Part shown: piece after piece, positions 25,173 to 37,119 of the stretch | Layout of the letters: every line of letters begins with the position of its first letter | Numbering within the stretch: position 1 is the stretch's first letter | NCBI GenBank assembly: GCA_965112155.1 | Contig: OZ218100.1 | Length of the DNA: 64,000 bases | Reading direction: 5' to 3' (one strand) | From: Podarcis liolepis | Lineage: Eukaryota | Made by a program: the position numbers and the translations under genes | The notes under the pieces: model-generated | Seen by the model: only the letters and a program-made list of their open reading frames with translations | The model's database searches: none | What the model was told of the DNA's origin: nothing

Positions 25173-25664
25173 AGTAAGTGGGGCTTACTCCCACATGAAT
25201 GACGATATACTTGCAGCCCAAATGATTACATAAAGGAAGACCCAGCTGACATATTGTGGAGCTGCATGAGGCTTGAATGTAGTGCCAAGCAGCTACTTTG
25301 GCAAATATTTTTAAAATAAATTGCATTTTGTCCTAGATGACTATCGCTCAGAGATGGGGAACCTTCGACCCTCCAGAAACTGCTCAAGTACAACTCGCAT
25401 TATCTCTGACCATTGGCTACACTGGCTGGCGCTGATGGAAGTTGGCATCCGAGAATTTCTGGAGGGCTGCAGGTTCCCAATCATAGGCAAACTTTCTGCC
25501 ACCCATCAAAGGAACAGAGCAAACAAAGTTATCAAATACATTTGAAAATTTATGGGAGGAACTGGCTTTACACAATTACATTTTTCCATCCACTGAGAAT
25601 CTGTCCACCGTACTGCCGATACCTGCATTAGAAACCCATTCACCCATCTCATCACTTGCCATTC

Positions 25665-25673
25665 AAAGGATAC
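25665..25673 (-). other. U12-type 5' splice site of XDH intron 3 (GTATCCTTT)
   Basis: Exact match to the minor-spliceosome donor consensus. Confidence 0.93.
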
Positions 25674-25770
25674 ATGGTTTTCTTCTGGGATCTGTCGAAC
25701 TTGGAAATCATAACAGTACAGGCACCACATCCACCTTCTCCACAGCCCAGCTTGGTTCCACATAACCCCA
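25674..25770 (-). CDS. XDH: XDH exon 3 ([33 protein letters not shown]), 2Fe-2S motif
   Basis: [10 protein letters not shown] 2Fe-2S signature; 97 nt; donor gtatccttt. Confidence 0.97.
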
Positions 25771-25784
25771 CTAACAGTATGGCA

Positions 25785-25793
25785 GCTAAGGAA
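25785..25793 (-). other. U12-like branch site of XDH intron 2 (TTCCTTAGC)
   Basis: Near-consensus, about 15 nt from the acceptor, no polypyrimidine tract; paired with a GTATCT donor. Confidence 0.7.
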
Positions 25794-27175
25794 AAACATA
25801 CCAACCGAGCAAGAAATTCTTAAATATATCTACAGCCACTGCTTCTTACAGCAGGCTGAGTTTCCAGATGCACAGAGTAAATAAAAGTTATCCTATTTGT
25901 CTAGGACTAGCCAACACTTTCTTAGGACACAACAAAAACATATTGCGGCCTAGGGTTTTTCATCATCCTTCCACCAAATCATTTCTGTTTCCTGGTTTCC
26001 TACAGGCCCAAGGTTACTGGTAATTCATTTATTTTTGCTTGTGCAAATAAATGTATCAGCTGATACAAAAGTACAGAAGAATGGTCTTAAATATCTAGAT
26101 ATGAATTATCCCTTTTTAATTGCTGGAGTGGATCAGCCAGTGAAAAAGAAATGTAGAATTGTGTTTACAAACACATGCTATATTTACTTCTTAACAACAC
26201 ATGACCAGCTAAAGAAACATCAGATTTAGGCATCACTTCCCCAACATAGTTCATAGATGTTCAGTTCCAACAAAGATTATTATGGATGTTAGCGTATATC
26301 TTTGGATGATAAAAATGCATGATATTTGCCTTAAAAGTATTCTTAATCTAGTTAGCACTACGTGGCCACTTGTCCATGAAAATAGAGGCCAGCCCTTTTT
26401 TGTGGAAAAAACAAATAGTTGGGCCCTAAAAATCAGTTATGTTACCACATATGAACCCCCAGCACTGCAGAATTTGCTTCAATTTTAATCCAAACCAGAG
26501 AGGTATTTCCTCCAAACCACCCAACCAGCCATTCTCTCTCCAATCTGTTGATTATACAACTCCCCTCCCAAACCAATATCCAACAGGACCAAACCAGTAT
26601 TCCAGCAGGACCAAACCATGAGGAAAACGGGGAGAGGGAGGGACATATTTCTGCACCTGGCATGGTGTGTTGCCATGCACTGGACCATGAGGCCTTGAGG
26701 AAAGTAGTTAACTTCATTCCCTGGCATCAGAGACAGGAATGGGAGAGACTACCCTCCCCTCTACCCATGGCTTCCTGTCAACTACTGCAAACAGGAGGCT
26801 TCCAAGTCTGTGAGGGAGACCGACTCGTTTACGAAGTCAAATTCACTCAGAAATAGGTCGAGCTGTTTTTCAGTTGTGGGTCATGGGAGTAGGTGGCTCA
26901 ACGAATTTCAGAGCCAATCTGACAGAAGCCAAAAAAGGGGGGGTACAACAGAGAGACTGCCCATCTCCACATATTAAGCTATTGCTCTCAGTCTTGAACT
27001 ACGTTAAGCATCACCGAGACTGGGAATGGTAGGTGTAGGAATAACAGGAGAAACAGTATTAGCAGATGCCCAGTTCTAAATTCAAGTGACGCTCAAATTC
27101 TGCAGGACCATCTATACAACTATGCCTTGGCCATTTTAAAATTGCACGCAGAATGTGCCAGCTGACATCAGATAC

Positions 27176-27233
27176 ATTTCCTTCGAAGGTAGGTTAGCAA
27201 AGTAGTTTCCGGGTCCACATTCTTCTCCACCAC
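27176..27233 (-). CDS. XDH: XDH exon 2 (VVEKNVDPETTLLTYLRRK)
   Basis: cag| acceptor, 58 nt, donor T|gtatct; frame continues from exon 1. Confidence 0.95.
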
Positions 27234-29456
27234 CTGGAAGACAAGAAACATGATTTTCTTAAGATGTGTGTTCATGCATGCGCTATAGTCAGTGAGTCAC
27301 CAGCATCAGAAAGTATTTTGGGAGGTCAGAAAATTCTGATGATTGTCAGTAAATCTCCCAAACCATCATTTTAAACAAGCAAACAAACAAAAGAGCTCTC
27401 TGCATTATGCTATGGTTATGGCATGCGTATTTTAGCACTGCAGAATTTATGCCTTTGGTTTTCTAGGCGATTGTATTATGGTGTTTGACTTGATGGATCT
27501 TTTCGTTGGAAAGGTTGTTTGTTATTTATTTGCTGCTTGATAGATTCTTGTTTTATGGGAATTGTGATTTTCAACCTGTTTAATTTTGTACATCGTCCGG
27601 AGAGCTATTCTTATTGGGTGACTGTAAACTAAGAAATCTTTAATAAAAATTATTTTTATTAAAAAAATAGAATAAATAATAGTATGACACTAACTATATT
27701 GTGGTATTTCTGTCCTATGCAGTGTTTTGTTTTGTTTTAGAAGCTCCAAGTGCCTTTCCCCCTTTCTATTTTGTTGAATCATGGAATTTTAAAACTGGAT
27801 GGGACCTTGAGTCCAGCCCCCCCTGGAATGCAGGAATATGCAGGGGATTGAACCTGCAACCTGAGCATTATCAGCACCACACTCTACTCGTTTTTATAAA
27901 AGTTTTGCTAACTACCATGTGTACTGTATTCTCTAGCGGAAAGGCAAAGGGAAGACCAGCATTGTCTTATCCATTAGCCAGTGAAAGAGCAGCCACTCCG
28001 GTGCTTGCTTTCCTCTTCCCTCCCCATTTGCTTTTCCTTTTGTGTGTGTACAAAATATACAGGGGCAGGTACCACTTGTCTTTCAAAATATGTATGGTGG
28101 TTGGAGGGCAGGTAATTTTGGGCACTTTATAAGTGAAATAAAATAAAATAGTAATTGATAATAATAGCAGTTAAGCTATGGGCACTTTCATGCATTGTGA
28201 TTTTTTGAGGGGATTTTGACTGACACCTCTCCATGGGTGCCATAGGAGGTACTGGCAAGCAAACTGATGCTCATGGATGCCCTGCTGCTGACCCCTGCAG
28301 TAAAAGCTTAAAATCTGCCTGACAACATCTGAAGTGCTTTTTTTTCCTTTGTTTACCTTGCCTCTCAGGTTCTAGATGGAACTTCAGATGCCTGTGGCAG
28401 CACAAACCTTTGTTCCTGCCGCTGCAACTATCACAAGCCCACAGGATCAGGACAGGACTTTTTGTCAGGATCAAAATGGCACAGTTTTCTTCCTACATGT
28501 AGAAGGCAGGCATGAGGAAGCACGCATATTTATTACTGCAAAGCAGACTTCGTTGCACCTCAAGTTGCCCTCCATTCCTACAGTCTTGGCTTAACACTTT
28601 TGGCCTTGCCAATTCCTCTCCCGGCCTTCAGCCAAATTAACCATTTCCTTGCAACAAAACAGCTCTTGTGCAATAGCTGCTTGCATATGACCGTTGCTGG
28701 CTTTCTCAGTAGGCTAATCCAAAGTACGTACCTACAAGCCATGTGTTGTACACATATGTATGGGTCATAGCACAGTGGTTTGGCAGGCGGTCCCAGATTT
28801 AATCCCCAGCTTTGCTAGGTATGGCTGCAACTTCCTCCAAAGCATACAGTCTTGGGGATTATGGCAGCCGGGGGGGGGGGGCTTTTTACTTTTAGAGCTC
28901 CATAAAATTATGCACGGGGTGGAGGAAGAGATGTTTTTCTCCCTCTCTCATAGTACATTCAGGGACATTCAGTGAAGCTGAATATTGAAAGAATCAGGAC
29001 GAACTAAGGACTTCTCCACATGGTTCGTAGTGTTACAGAAGTTGGGTGCCACCCCTCACTCTCTGCCGAGTGGTAGAAAGCTTCCAGGGTCTGTGCTCCT
29101 TTGGAGAATTGAAGACGCAGCAGAGACTGTCCTAGCTTTAAGAAATATGATTTATTCACCTTTTTACACCTTCAGTTTGCATGAAAGGAGTCCAGATCAT
29201 ACAGCATGGTCATCTCAAGCAAGGCTTGTTCCCCACAGAAGTGCAGCTCAGAATTCAATGGCATCTCCCCCAGCCAGCCTTCAGCCAGCCTGCCTAACCT
29301 GGAGTCCAGTCTTTATTCTCTCCCTTCTTCCCCACACACCTTGCTCAAAAGCAGTCTTTTCCTGCCACTTCTCTCACACACACCTCTTCACCATGGCAAC
29401 CTCAGTCTGCCCAGGCCCAAGATTCCTCTCACAGTGGCCATCAACACCTTTTGTCA

Positions 29457-29586
29457 TGTTGTTGTTGCTGTTTAGTTGTTTAGTCATGTCCGACTCTTCA
29501 TGACCCCATGGACCAGAACACGCCAGGCACTCCTGTCTTCCACTGCCTCCCGCAGTTTGGTCAAACTCATGTTAGTAGCTTCGAGG
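29457..29586 (-). mobile_element. RTE-BovB short 3' fragment
   Basis: LEATNMSLTKLREAVEDRSAW peptide and (CAA)n tail; similar to the 24980 and 39758 copies. Confidence 0.85.
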
Positions 29587-30944
29587 ATGCCTCTTATCCC
29601 AGCTGAGGCCCTGGCTTGGAAAGGAAGCTTAGCCTGTATTTTTCCGCTGACCTCCAATCTTCCCTTCAATACTCCAAATAATCAAAATCCTACCATTTAT
29701 TAATTTACAGGGTTTATAGCAATAGAACTCAATCCCACAGGAGGAAGGTATGGCCACCAACTTGTCTGGTTTTAAAATAGGATTAGACAAAAATCCATGA
29801 ATGGCAAAGCTGTCAGTGGCTAGTAGCCAAAATGGCGACATGCTCCATTAACTGCCAGAGGCAGTAAAGCCTCCAAATACCAATTGCTGGGTAGAGAGAG
29901 CCCTGTTGTGCTTTGCTCCTGCTTCCCACAGGCATCTGGTTGTCTACTGTGAGGAAAGGATGCTGGCCCAGATGGGCCTTTGGTCTGATCCCACAGGGTC
30001 TTCTTTGTGTTCTTCGGGGTGCTCAGTTACGTACAAGTTGTTGCTGTCCCAGTGCATTCTGAGAATTCTAGCAGGAAGAGAAGGTGTGCCAAGCAGCTTC
30101 TTAAGGAACACTGAAGGAAATTCCCCAATGAAGAGATTGATTTTCCAAACGTGTCAAGACAATAACCACTTGTCTCTCATTTGGTTTGACTTGCTCTACA
30201 ACTTCTTTTTTAATCCTTTCCTGCTATGCCCTGGTATTCCATGCCCTGCACACCTAACAATTTACCCAACCGTCGTAACTGTTGCAGTTTGCTAGGCAGG
30301 ATTCCTGACATCTCTTTCCTCTTTGGAAACAGAACCCCTTCTTTCCTTCCAACGCTTGGCCTCCATCAAGCCCTTCCATATTTTTTAATAAAATTACAAA
30401 TTATACTAAAACAGAAAGAATTGCATGTTATTGTTGTATATGCAAGCTGCTTTACAGGCATGATTAAAAGCAGCACTAGAGTATCCATCCACCTTCAGGG
30501 GGGGAAAGTATCCACTGCCTATTCTAGGACTTAATGTTTCAAGCTGTGCTACTGAAGAAACACATTTGGCCATTGAAAGTTCCATTTGCCTGCTGACTGT
30601 TGTGGCAAACTGAAGGTGGTGGTTTATCTAGGATAGCTTCCTGGGCCGTTTTTTCCCATCTTTCTGTATACAATGTATGTCTTTATGGTGCTTAGAAGCC
30701 TGTTCATTTTGATATTTGGCTGCATTAGGCTGTAAATTTGCAGCTAATCCGCCTCTCGACTGCATTCATTGTTATAGTTTGTCCCATTTTGTATATTTTA
30801 GTAAAAATTTGCAGTTTCTTTGTTCTGACTTCTCACATTGTCTTTTGAAACTGAAATCCCTTGGGAAAGGCGGAAAGTTTCACAAAACTGCCCTGCCAAC
30901 TTTAAGCTGCTGTCACCTGTTTTATCAACCTGGCAGTGGTGACA

Positions 30945-31178
30945 ACCTAGCAGTTTGAAAGCACATCAAAGTGCAAGTAGATAAATAGGTACCGCTCCGG
31001 TGGGAAGGTAAATGGCGTTACCGTGTGCTGCTCTGGTTCGCCAGGAGCTGCTTAGTCATGCTGGCCACATGACCCGGAAACTGTACGCCGGCTCTCTCAG
31101 CCAATAAAGGGAGATAAGCGCCACAACCCCAGAGTCGGCCACGACTGGACCTAATGGTCAGGGGTCCCTTTACCTTTT
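30945..31178 (+). mobile_element. Sauria SINE, 5'-truncated
   Basis: gtgcaagtagataaataggtaccgc body, TTTACCTTT tail; 10-bp TSD AGTGGTGACA (30935-30944 / 31179-31188). Confidence 0.88.
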
Positions 31179-31383
31179 AGTGGTGACAGTGCCTCTGGGA
31201 GATCCTCTTCCCTCACAACGAGACTGCAGAGTGAGTGCAGGAAGCATTGACTTCAGGTCTGATTGACTTAATAATGACCAGTCAGAACGAGGGCAAATGT
31301 CCCCACAACACAGCCTCCTGAGGCCAAAATGTTGCTCCGGCCAAGGAGCACAATTTGACGCAACTCCTTATTACCTTTTAATT

Positions 31384-31630
31384 CATGGGTAGGCAAACTA
31401 AGGCCTGGGGGCCGGATCCGGCCCAATAGCCTTCTAAATCCGGCGGACGTCCAAGAATCAGTATGTGTTTACATGAGTAGGATGTGTGCTTTTATTTAAA
31501 ATGTATCTCTGGGTTATATGTGGGGCATAGGAATTTGTTCATTTTTCCCCAATAAAAATATAGTCTGGCCCCCCACAAGATCTGAGGAACAGTGGACCAG
31601 CCCCCTGCTGAAAAAGTCTGCTGACCCCTG
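31384..31630. mobile_element. hAT-type MITE (second copy at 56728-56978)
   Basis: CATGGGTAGGCAAAC...GCTGACCCCTG; two similar copies in the window. Confidence 0.75.
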
Positions 31631-32040
31631 ATTAATTTAATTCATTCAGAACCTCTAAAGGCGAGAGCTGGTTCTGGAGAACTATTAATCAGAAACAACC
31701 CAGCCAGATCAGCCTCTGTTGTTAGCAACACTGCTCACTTTTATCTGCCCTTATTAGCTAGACACTTAGGTTTTATTTCAAAGACTTTGCCCTTAGGGTC
31801 AGAAGGAGAACATTCCTTTGCATTTCTCTTCCTGGCCGTAGGGCATGGAGTCTCTGTTGTGATTATTATTAACAGATTATCTAAGCACATTTCCTAGTCA
31901 TGCGCAATAAGGTGATCATGTGCTCCTAGCTCTTGCCACTGCACAGGCGACTGAAAAGTGTTTATTCGATGTTTACATCACCTAGATGGGCAGAAGACTC
32001 AGGGCAGACAAACATAACACATAATTTATCTATGGAATCT

Positions 32041-32162
32041 GTGGCTCGTGTAGGTCAGGGTTGTGGGTTTGAGCCCCACGTTGGGCAAAAGATTCCTGCA
32101 TTGCAGGGGGTTGAGCTAGATGACCCTCATGGTCCCTTCCAACTCTACAATTTCTATGATTC
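32041..32162 (+). mobile_element. tRNA-Lys-head / CR1-tail SINE, partial
   Basis: cagggttgtgggtttgagccccacgttgggc (tRNA-Lys 3' half) followed by a CR1 3' end. Confidence 0.75.
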
Positions 32163-32216
32163 CTGCATTACCCTTTCTACTGAGATCTATGGGAATTCTT
32201 CATCTTATTTTACCCT

Positions 32217-32360
32217 AGAATCATAGAACTGTAGAGATGGAAGGACCACCAGGGTCATCTAGTCCAACCCCCTGCAATGCAGGAATCTTTTGCCCAATGT
32301 GGGGTTTGAACCCACAACCCTGAGATTAAGAGCCACATGCTCTAACCAACTGAGCCATCT
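32217..32360 (-). mobile_element. tRNA-Lys-head / CR1-tail SINE, inverted partner of the 32041 copy
   Basis: Minus strand reads gctcagttggttagagcatgtggctcttaatctcagggttgtgggttcaaaccccac (tRNA-Lys CTT-like) followed by a CR1 tail. Confidence 0.8.
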
Positions 32361-32436
32361 CAGTTCTATTATACGCTTTAGGATAAAGTGCTTCAGGGTT
32401 TTTTTTTATTTCTCCCTTCCTTTCTTAATCCTGCTC

Positions 32437-32694
32437 TGTTATGTACTGAGTTGAATAGGATCCAAAATGCAGCAGTCTGATTGGTCCACAGGAGCCACCC
32501 AATCCAGCTCCAGGTGGAAGTGAATCCGCAACCTGATTGGCGTACAGGAGAATCCTGGAATTAGCCAATCACATGGGGCCCATTGTGTAAATAATGTATA
32601 TAAAGCAGACACTCTGGGGGAACTTCCATTCCTCCTCACCACTATGAGCTGAAAAAAGAGCATGAAATCCACTCTCGACTCCGAGTATATTTCA
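32437..32694 (+). mobile_element. Solo LTR (Gypsy-like)
   Basis: TGTTATG...TTTCA termini; CCAAT/ATTGG boxes and TATATAAA; near-TSD TGCTC/TGGTC. Confidence 0.75.
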
Positions 32695-33968
32695 TGGTCA
32701 CTGGGTTCAGTCAAGTTTTGAATCATACGCAGAACTCATATATGCCACGAGACATGGAGACACCTACTCATTCAGCTTTCATTGTGAGTTAGACAAATAT
32801 ATGGATGGCAGCAGCTATTCGCTGTAATGGTGGATTGATTATTCATATGGAACCTCCATATGCAGAGGCCGTATACCACTGAACACAAGCTGGGGAAGAG
32901 CAGAAAACCAACAAAGAGCTATTAACCTCAGAGCCTAGCTTGGGGGCTTCCCTAAGGCACCATATAGTTTGGCCCTGTACATGTTTTGAGGGCATGTTTT
33001 GAAATTGAAGCAAGGGAGAGGGGCATCAGGATTGGAGCTACAGCATAGGAGCGGGTGGAGTTTTTTTGGTGCTGTTATCCCAAGGAAAGTCCCCTTCAGA
33101 GCTCCCATAGCAGCTTCCCCCTCAGATAGCGCTAGCAGCTTTAGTAGGTAAATTCATTTTGTCCGGGCAGCAGTGTGTAAATGAATAAATGAATGGTTTA
33201 CAAGCCTTCCCCATGCTACTGCTCTTTATCTTTATGTGGTTAACATGTAAACACACCTATTTCCCCAAGAGCAAGATGTTTAAAAAAGAAGAAGAAAAAA
33301 CAGTTTCCAGCTACAATCATGCTGCACTCTCATAAGCGGTCAAGGGACGTTATCTTAGCAGCCGATACATAGCAGAAATGAAACAGGTGCTTAAAGACAC
33401 ACCAGCAGATTTGCCTGTGAAATAAGAGTTGGCTGGTGAAGTTTCATTGTAGCTTGTGTGCCTCTGCAAAAGCCGTATCTTATCGTTTGTCCCTTATCGC
33501 CCGGCCCCATAGCCTTGAAGTCACACGCAGCACAATACAGCACTGGTTATTTTTGCGATGTCAGGCTATCGGCAACAGAGACGAAGTAACCTTTCTCACC
33601 AGCTGCAGGACAAGGTATCATGTTCTGTTCCAGGCTCTCGGTCAACATTCCCAGGGGGTGTGTTGCAATGCTCCACCCATATGTACTTCAAGCATTGCAT
33701 AATGACGGGCCTTTGCTTGCTGCCGTGTTAGCAAGGATCTGAACAAACGGTTTGGAACAGAGCTCAATCTTCAGAGCTTCCAGGTTATGGTCTCCTCCTC
33801 CCCGTTTTATCCTCACAACAACCCTGTGAGGTAGCCTGGGCTGACAGTAAATGGCTGGTCGAAGGAGCTTCCTGGCTGAGTACCCTGGCCCCTCAGGTCT
33901 ATCACTCTAACCACTACACCTCTTGCAGGTTTGGTCAGCTTTATTTAGCACATGCATGGTGCTAAATA

Positions 33969-34476
33969 CAGTGGAAACTCTACTCAGGTATGGAAAACAT
34001 TCCAGAGGTCTGTTCGTGAGTCGATCCGGGTTGCTGTGAGAGGCGCCATTCTGTGTGTGCACATTCGGTGGCAGCGGCGTTCTGCGCATGTGCAGACATC
34101 AGCAGCTGCTTCTGCGCATGTGCAGTCGGCAGATGCTGCTTCTGCGCATGCAGGAATCGCAGCAAACCCAGTATTTACTTCCAGGTTTGCCACAGTCGTG
34201 AATTGGATTGTTTGCGAATGGGGCTGTGGTAAGAAGAAGACGAGGCGTTTGGATTTGATATCCCACTTTATCACTACCCGAAGGAGTCTCAAAGCAGCTA
34301 ACATTCTCCTTTTCCTTCCTCCCCCACAACAAACACTCTGTGAGGTGAGTGGGGCTGACAGACTTCAAAGAAGTGTGACTGGCCCAAGGTCACCCAGCAG
34401 CTGCATGTGGAGGAGCAGAGACGTGAACCCAGTTCACCAGATTACGAGTCCACCACTCTTACTTGAGGTTCTACTG
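33969..34476. mobile_element. Tc1/mariner (Tigger-like) MITE with internal 30-bp tandem repeat
   Basis: TA|CAGTGGAAACTC ... GAGGTTCTACTG|TA termini; TCTGCGCATG repeats at 34081, 34111 and 34141. Confidence 0.7.
34231..34461 (-). mobile_element. Squam3-like SINE nested in a Tc1/mariner-type MITE
   Basis: High similarity to the 59733-59990 copy; (CTT)n tail. Confidence 0.82.
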
Positions 34477-34578
34477 TAAGTTATCCTTATGGATGGGCTG
34501 ATGGGTAAAATACCAGCCTATCTGGAGGTACTAACCTTAGGCAATTTCCTGGATTTGTGAAATGCAAGTGTGCACTTA

Positions 34579-34766
34579 GAATCATAGAATCTTAGAGTTG
34601 GATGGGACCCAAGGGTCATCTAGCCCAACCCCCTGGAATGCAGGAATCTCAGCTAAAGCATCCGTGACAGATGGCCACCCAACCTCTGCTTAAAAACCTC
34701 CAAGGAAGGAAAATCCACAACCTCCCAAGGGAGACCGTTCCACTGCCAAACAGCGCTTGCCGTCAG
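34579..34766 (-). mobile_element. CR1 3' end fragment
   Basis: agaatcatagaatc tail; reverse complement of the CR1 3' UTR at 53650-53836. Confidence 0.8.
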
Positions 34767-34849
34767 TCTAAATGCGGTTTAAATATACAATGTGTGAAGC
34801 AGCCCTAACCCAAGTGGAAATGGCAGAGGGAGGCAGTGGCGCAAGTACA

Positions 34850-35035
34850 AAAGGCTGCGGCTCCGAAGCAGAGCATCTGCTTGGCATGCGGAAGGTCTCA
34901 GGCTCAATCCCTGGCATCTCCAGGGAGGGCTGGGAAAGGCTCCTGTCCAAAGCCCTGCAGAGCTGCTGCCAGCCAGTGCAGACAATACTGAGCTACCTTG
35001 ACCAATGGTGCAACTGTGTAAGGCAGCTTCCTATG
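34850..35035 (+). mobile_element. tRNA-head SINE, older family (related copies near 13400-13565, 14995-15160 minus, 42290-42385)
   Basis: agagcatctgcttggcatgc..ggctcaatccctggcatctcc head and shared gagctgctgccag..gacaatactgagct body. Confidence 0.65.
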
Positions 35036-36869
35036 CCCTGTGCGGAGTCAAACCACAGGTCCACCTAGCCCAGCATTGCCTGATCCAATTTAGCTGTTAA
35101 GAGATGTATTTTTTACATTTATATCCCACCTTCGCTCCAAGGTGCTCAAGGCGATGTACCTAGTTCTCCTCCCTCCCCCTTTTGTCCTCATAACAACCCT
35201 GTGAGGTGGGCTGGTCTGACAGTGAGTGCCTGGTCAAAGGTCACCCAGTGAGCTTCCTGGCCGAGTGGGGATTTGAACCCTGGTCCTTCAGGTCCGAGCC
35301 CAACACTCTAACCATTACACCACATTGGCTGGAGGTCCTATGCCCTGCCTTCCCACCCAATATCCTTTTAGCAAGAGGTGCTGGGTGGGGGGAGGTAGGG
35401 GTAGGACAAGGTATATGCAGCCTTCAACCCTATGAGTTGCAGGTGCACAATTCATCTCAGAAACAAGTGTGTAAATGAGGTCCCAGCTGTGCCCTGGTGG
35501 CTTCTGGAAAAGCTGCTGACTCCTGTTAAGCCTTCCATTATTGCTGCTTTCTACAGTGACACTTGTAGGACACGCACTGCAGAGAGGGCCAGATTCCTGC
35601 CCAAATATTAGGGCAGTCAGATGTCAGCACTCTGCTTTCCTAGGTCCAGCCTTGCTGCCACTAAAGGACAAAGCGCAGGGCGGACAAGTCAATTTGCTCT
35701 GTGATTTGCTGATGCAACTCAACCCCCGTCTCCACCCCTGGCCCTTCCCAACCGTGCAACCCATATGGAAGCTCTCTGGAGCTCCCAGCGCACAAAGGTG
35801 CGCCCTGGTTGACACCACTGGGCAGTAGCAACATAGAGCCATCTGTTTGCTCGGGAAGGTCAGCTCCAGCCCCGGGCAGAGGAACAGAATTCCACCATGC
35901 TGAATCAGATTAATACCACTATTTATAGAGGGGAGGTGCTGATTCGTTTCAGTCTGCGTACTGCAGTCTCGTGGCCGGAGCAAAATCTCCACACAGTCAG
36001 GCAGCTCCGGCTAAATTAACCTAAGCATAGCCTTGCTGGGTCAGACAGAACGACTAGGCGCAATGCTCTCTCTCTCTCTCAAATGCATCAGGAACGGAAC
36101 AACCTGCCACCTCACCCCTGGCAAGCAGCTGCTTCGCTGGTAATCGCTAGCATTTGATCTCTTTAAGGAGAGGTGGAAATCGCTGTGGGTTTGTAGCAAT
36201 CATTGTGCTTGCTTCTGTAATTTAATTTAGGGAGGGTATCAGTCCAACAGCAACTGCCCAGCGCTGTCACTCAGTTGTTTGTTGCTGGCTGGACAAGCTA
36301 CAGGCAGAGGGTGTTGAGAATAGTTATGTTATCCGACAGGTAGTCATATTTTTAAAATGACATAGAAAGCAAACGCAGGATGGTTTTCCTTGCATGTACT
36401 TCATTCACTGGGCATCTTTCAGTAGCCTTCTTCCACGCTGCTTTATTCAATGTAAGTTTAGGAAATGTGGGTGTTTATTGAATTGGGGTCTATCTTTTTT
36501 CAAACGTAACTATTTCAGCAATGAAACAGAAGCATTCTCTGGAAGAAAAAGGCTGAAAAGCATTACAGATCATTATTATTTTTTGGCTGAAAGAAAGTTG
36601 GATACTATCTTTCTAAAAGAGAGAGAGGGCAATAGCAGCAAACTTGGTCATTTGATTAACGTGTCTCCCTTACTCTACGCTGAAAAAAGTTTTAGTAGTT
36701 CAATAAAGTTTGCTTGTTTTAGAAATGATGGTTTTTCAGTTTCATAAATGTTCAAGGCTGTTTAGCTGCATGTGGAGCACAGTTCTCAAGTGCAATCTGC
36801 AACTTGTGAAGTTAATCCAAGGGTTGAGATACAAATAAAAGAAAATTAAATGTGAGGGATCTCCCCTAC

Positions 36870-36911
36870 CTTCTTGCCATTGACAAAGAAGACCAGCTCA
36901 TCTGAAGCCAT
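36870..36911 (-). CDS. XDH: Xanthine dehydrogenase coding exon 1 (MASDELVFFVNGKK)
   Basis: ATG at 36911-36909; peptide matches the vertebrate XDH N-terminus (LVFFVNGKK); donor AAG|gtaggg; 42 nt. Confidence 0.95.
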
Positions 36912-37086
36912 CCTCTTCAGCTTCCTAACTTGATCCAAGAGCAGAGCAGGATCCCAGATCACACTTTTCCGAACAGTCCCAGCGCCACAGCAATCTGAAT
37001 CCCTGCAATGGCAGCCCAAGCAATAGAAGGAGTTCCTTAAGAATCTTTCACCTTATTCCAACGGTAGTGCCCTGGGAGAGCCCAGG

Positions 37087-37119
37087 TTATATAAGAGCCA
37101 CCCGGAGGCGTGCCAGCTG
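37087..37119 (-). promoter_or_regulatory. XDH core promoter: TATA box TTATATAA (37087-37094) with nearby GCGTG and E-box CAGCTG
   Basis: TATATAA on the minus strand about 175 nt upstream of the ATG; no upstream ATG between them. Confidence 0.65.

Noticed and set aside
28985-29503. 172-aa ORF and other long ORFs (27701-28132, 33952-34479, 41470-41904, 48643-49107, 58954-59265)
   Set aside because: No recognisable domains; mostly non-ATG starts; several run through repeats; consistent with chance frames
32290-32360. tRNA-Lys gene
   Set aside because: Diverged stems and a fused CR1 tail show it is a SINE head
34050-34160. CRISPR-like 30-bp periodic repeat
   Set aside because: Eukaryotic context, the spacers resemble each other, only about three units, inside a MITE, no cas genes
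155-36911. Aldehyde oxidase (AOX) as the gene identity
   Set aside because: FFTGYRK, LRWFAG and [11 protein letters not shown] are XDH-type motifs, and the exon peptides closely resemble avian XDH
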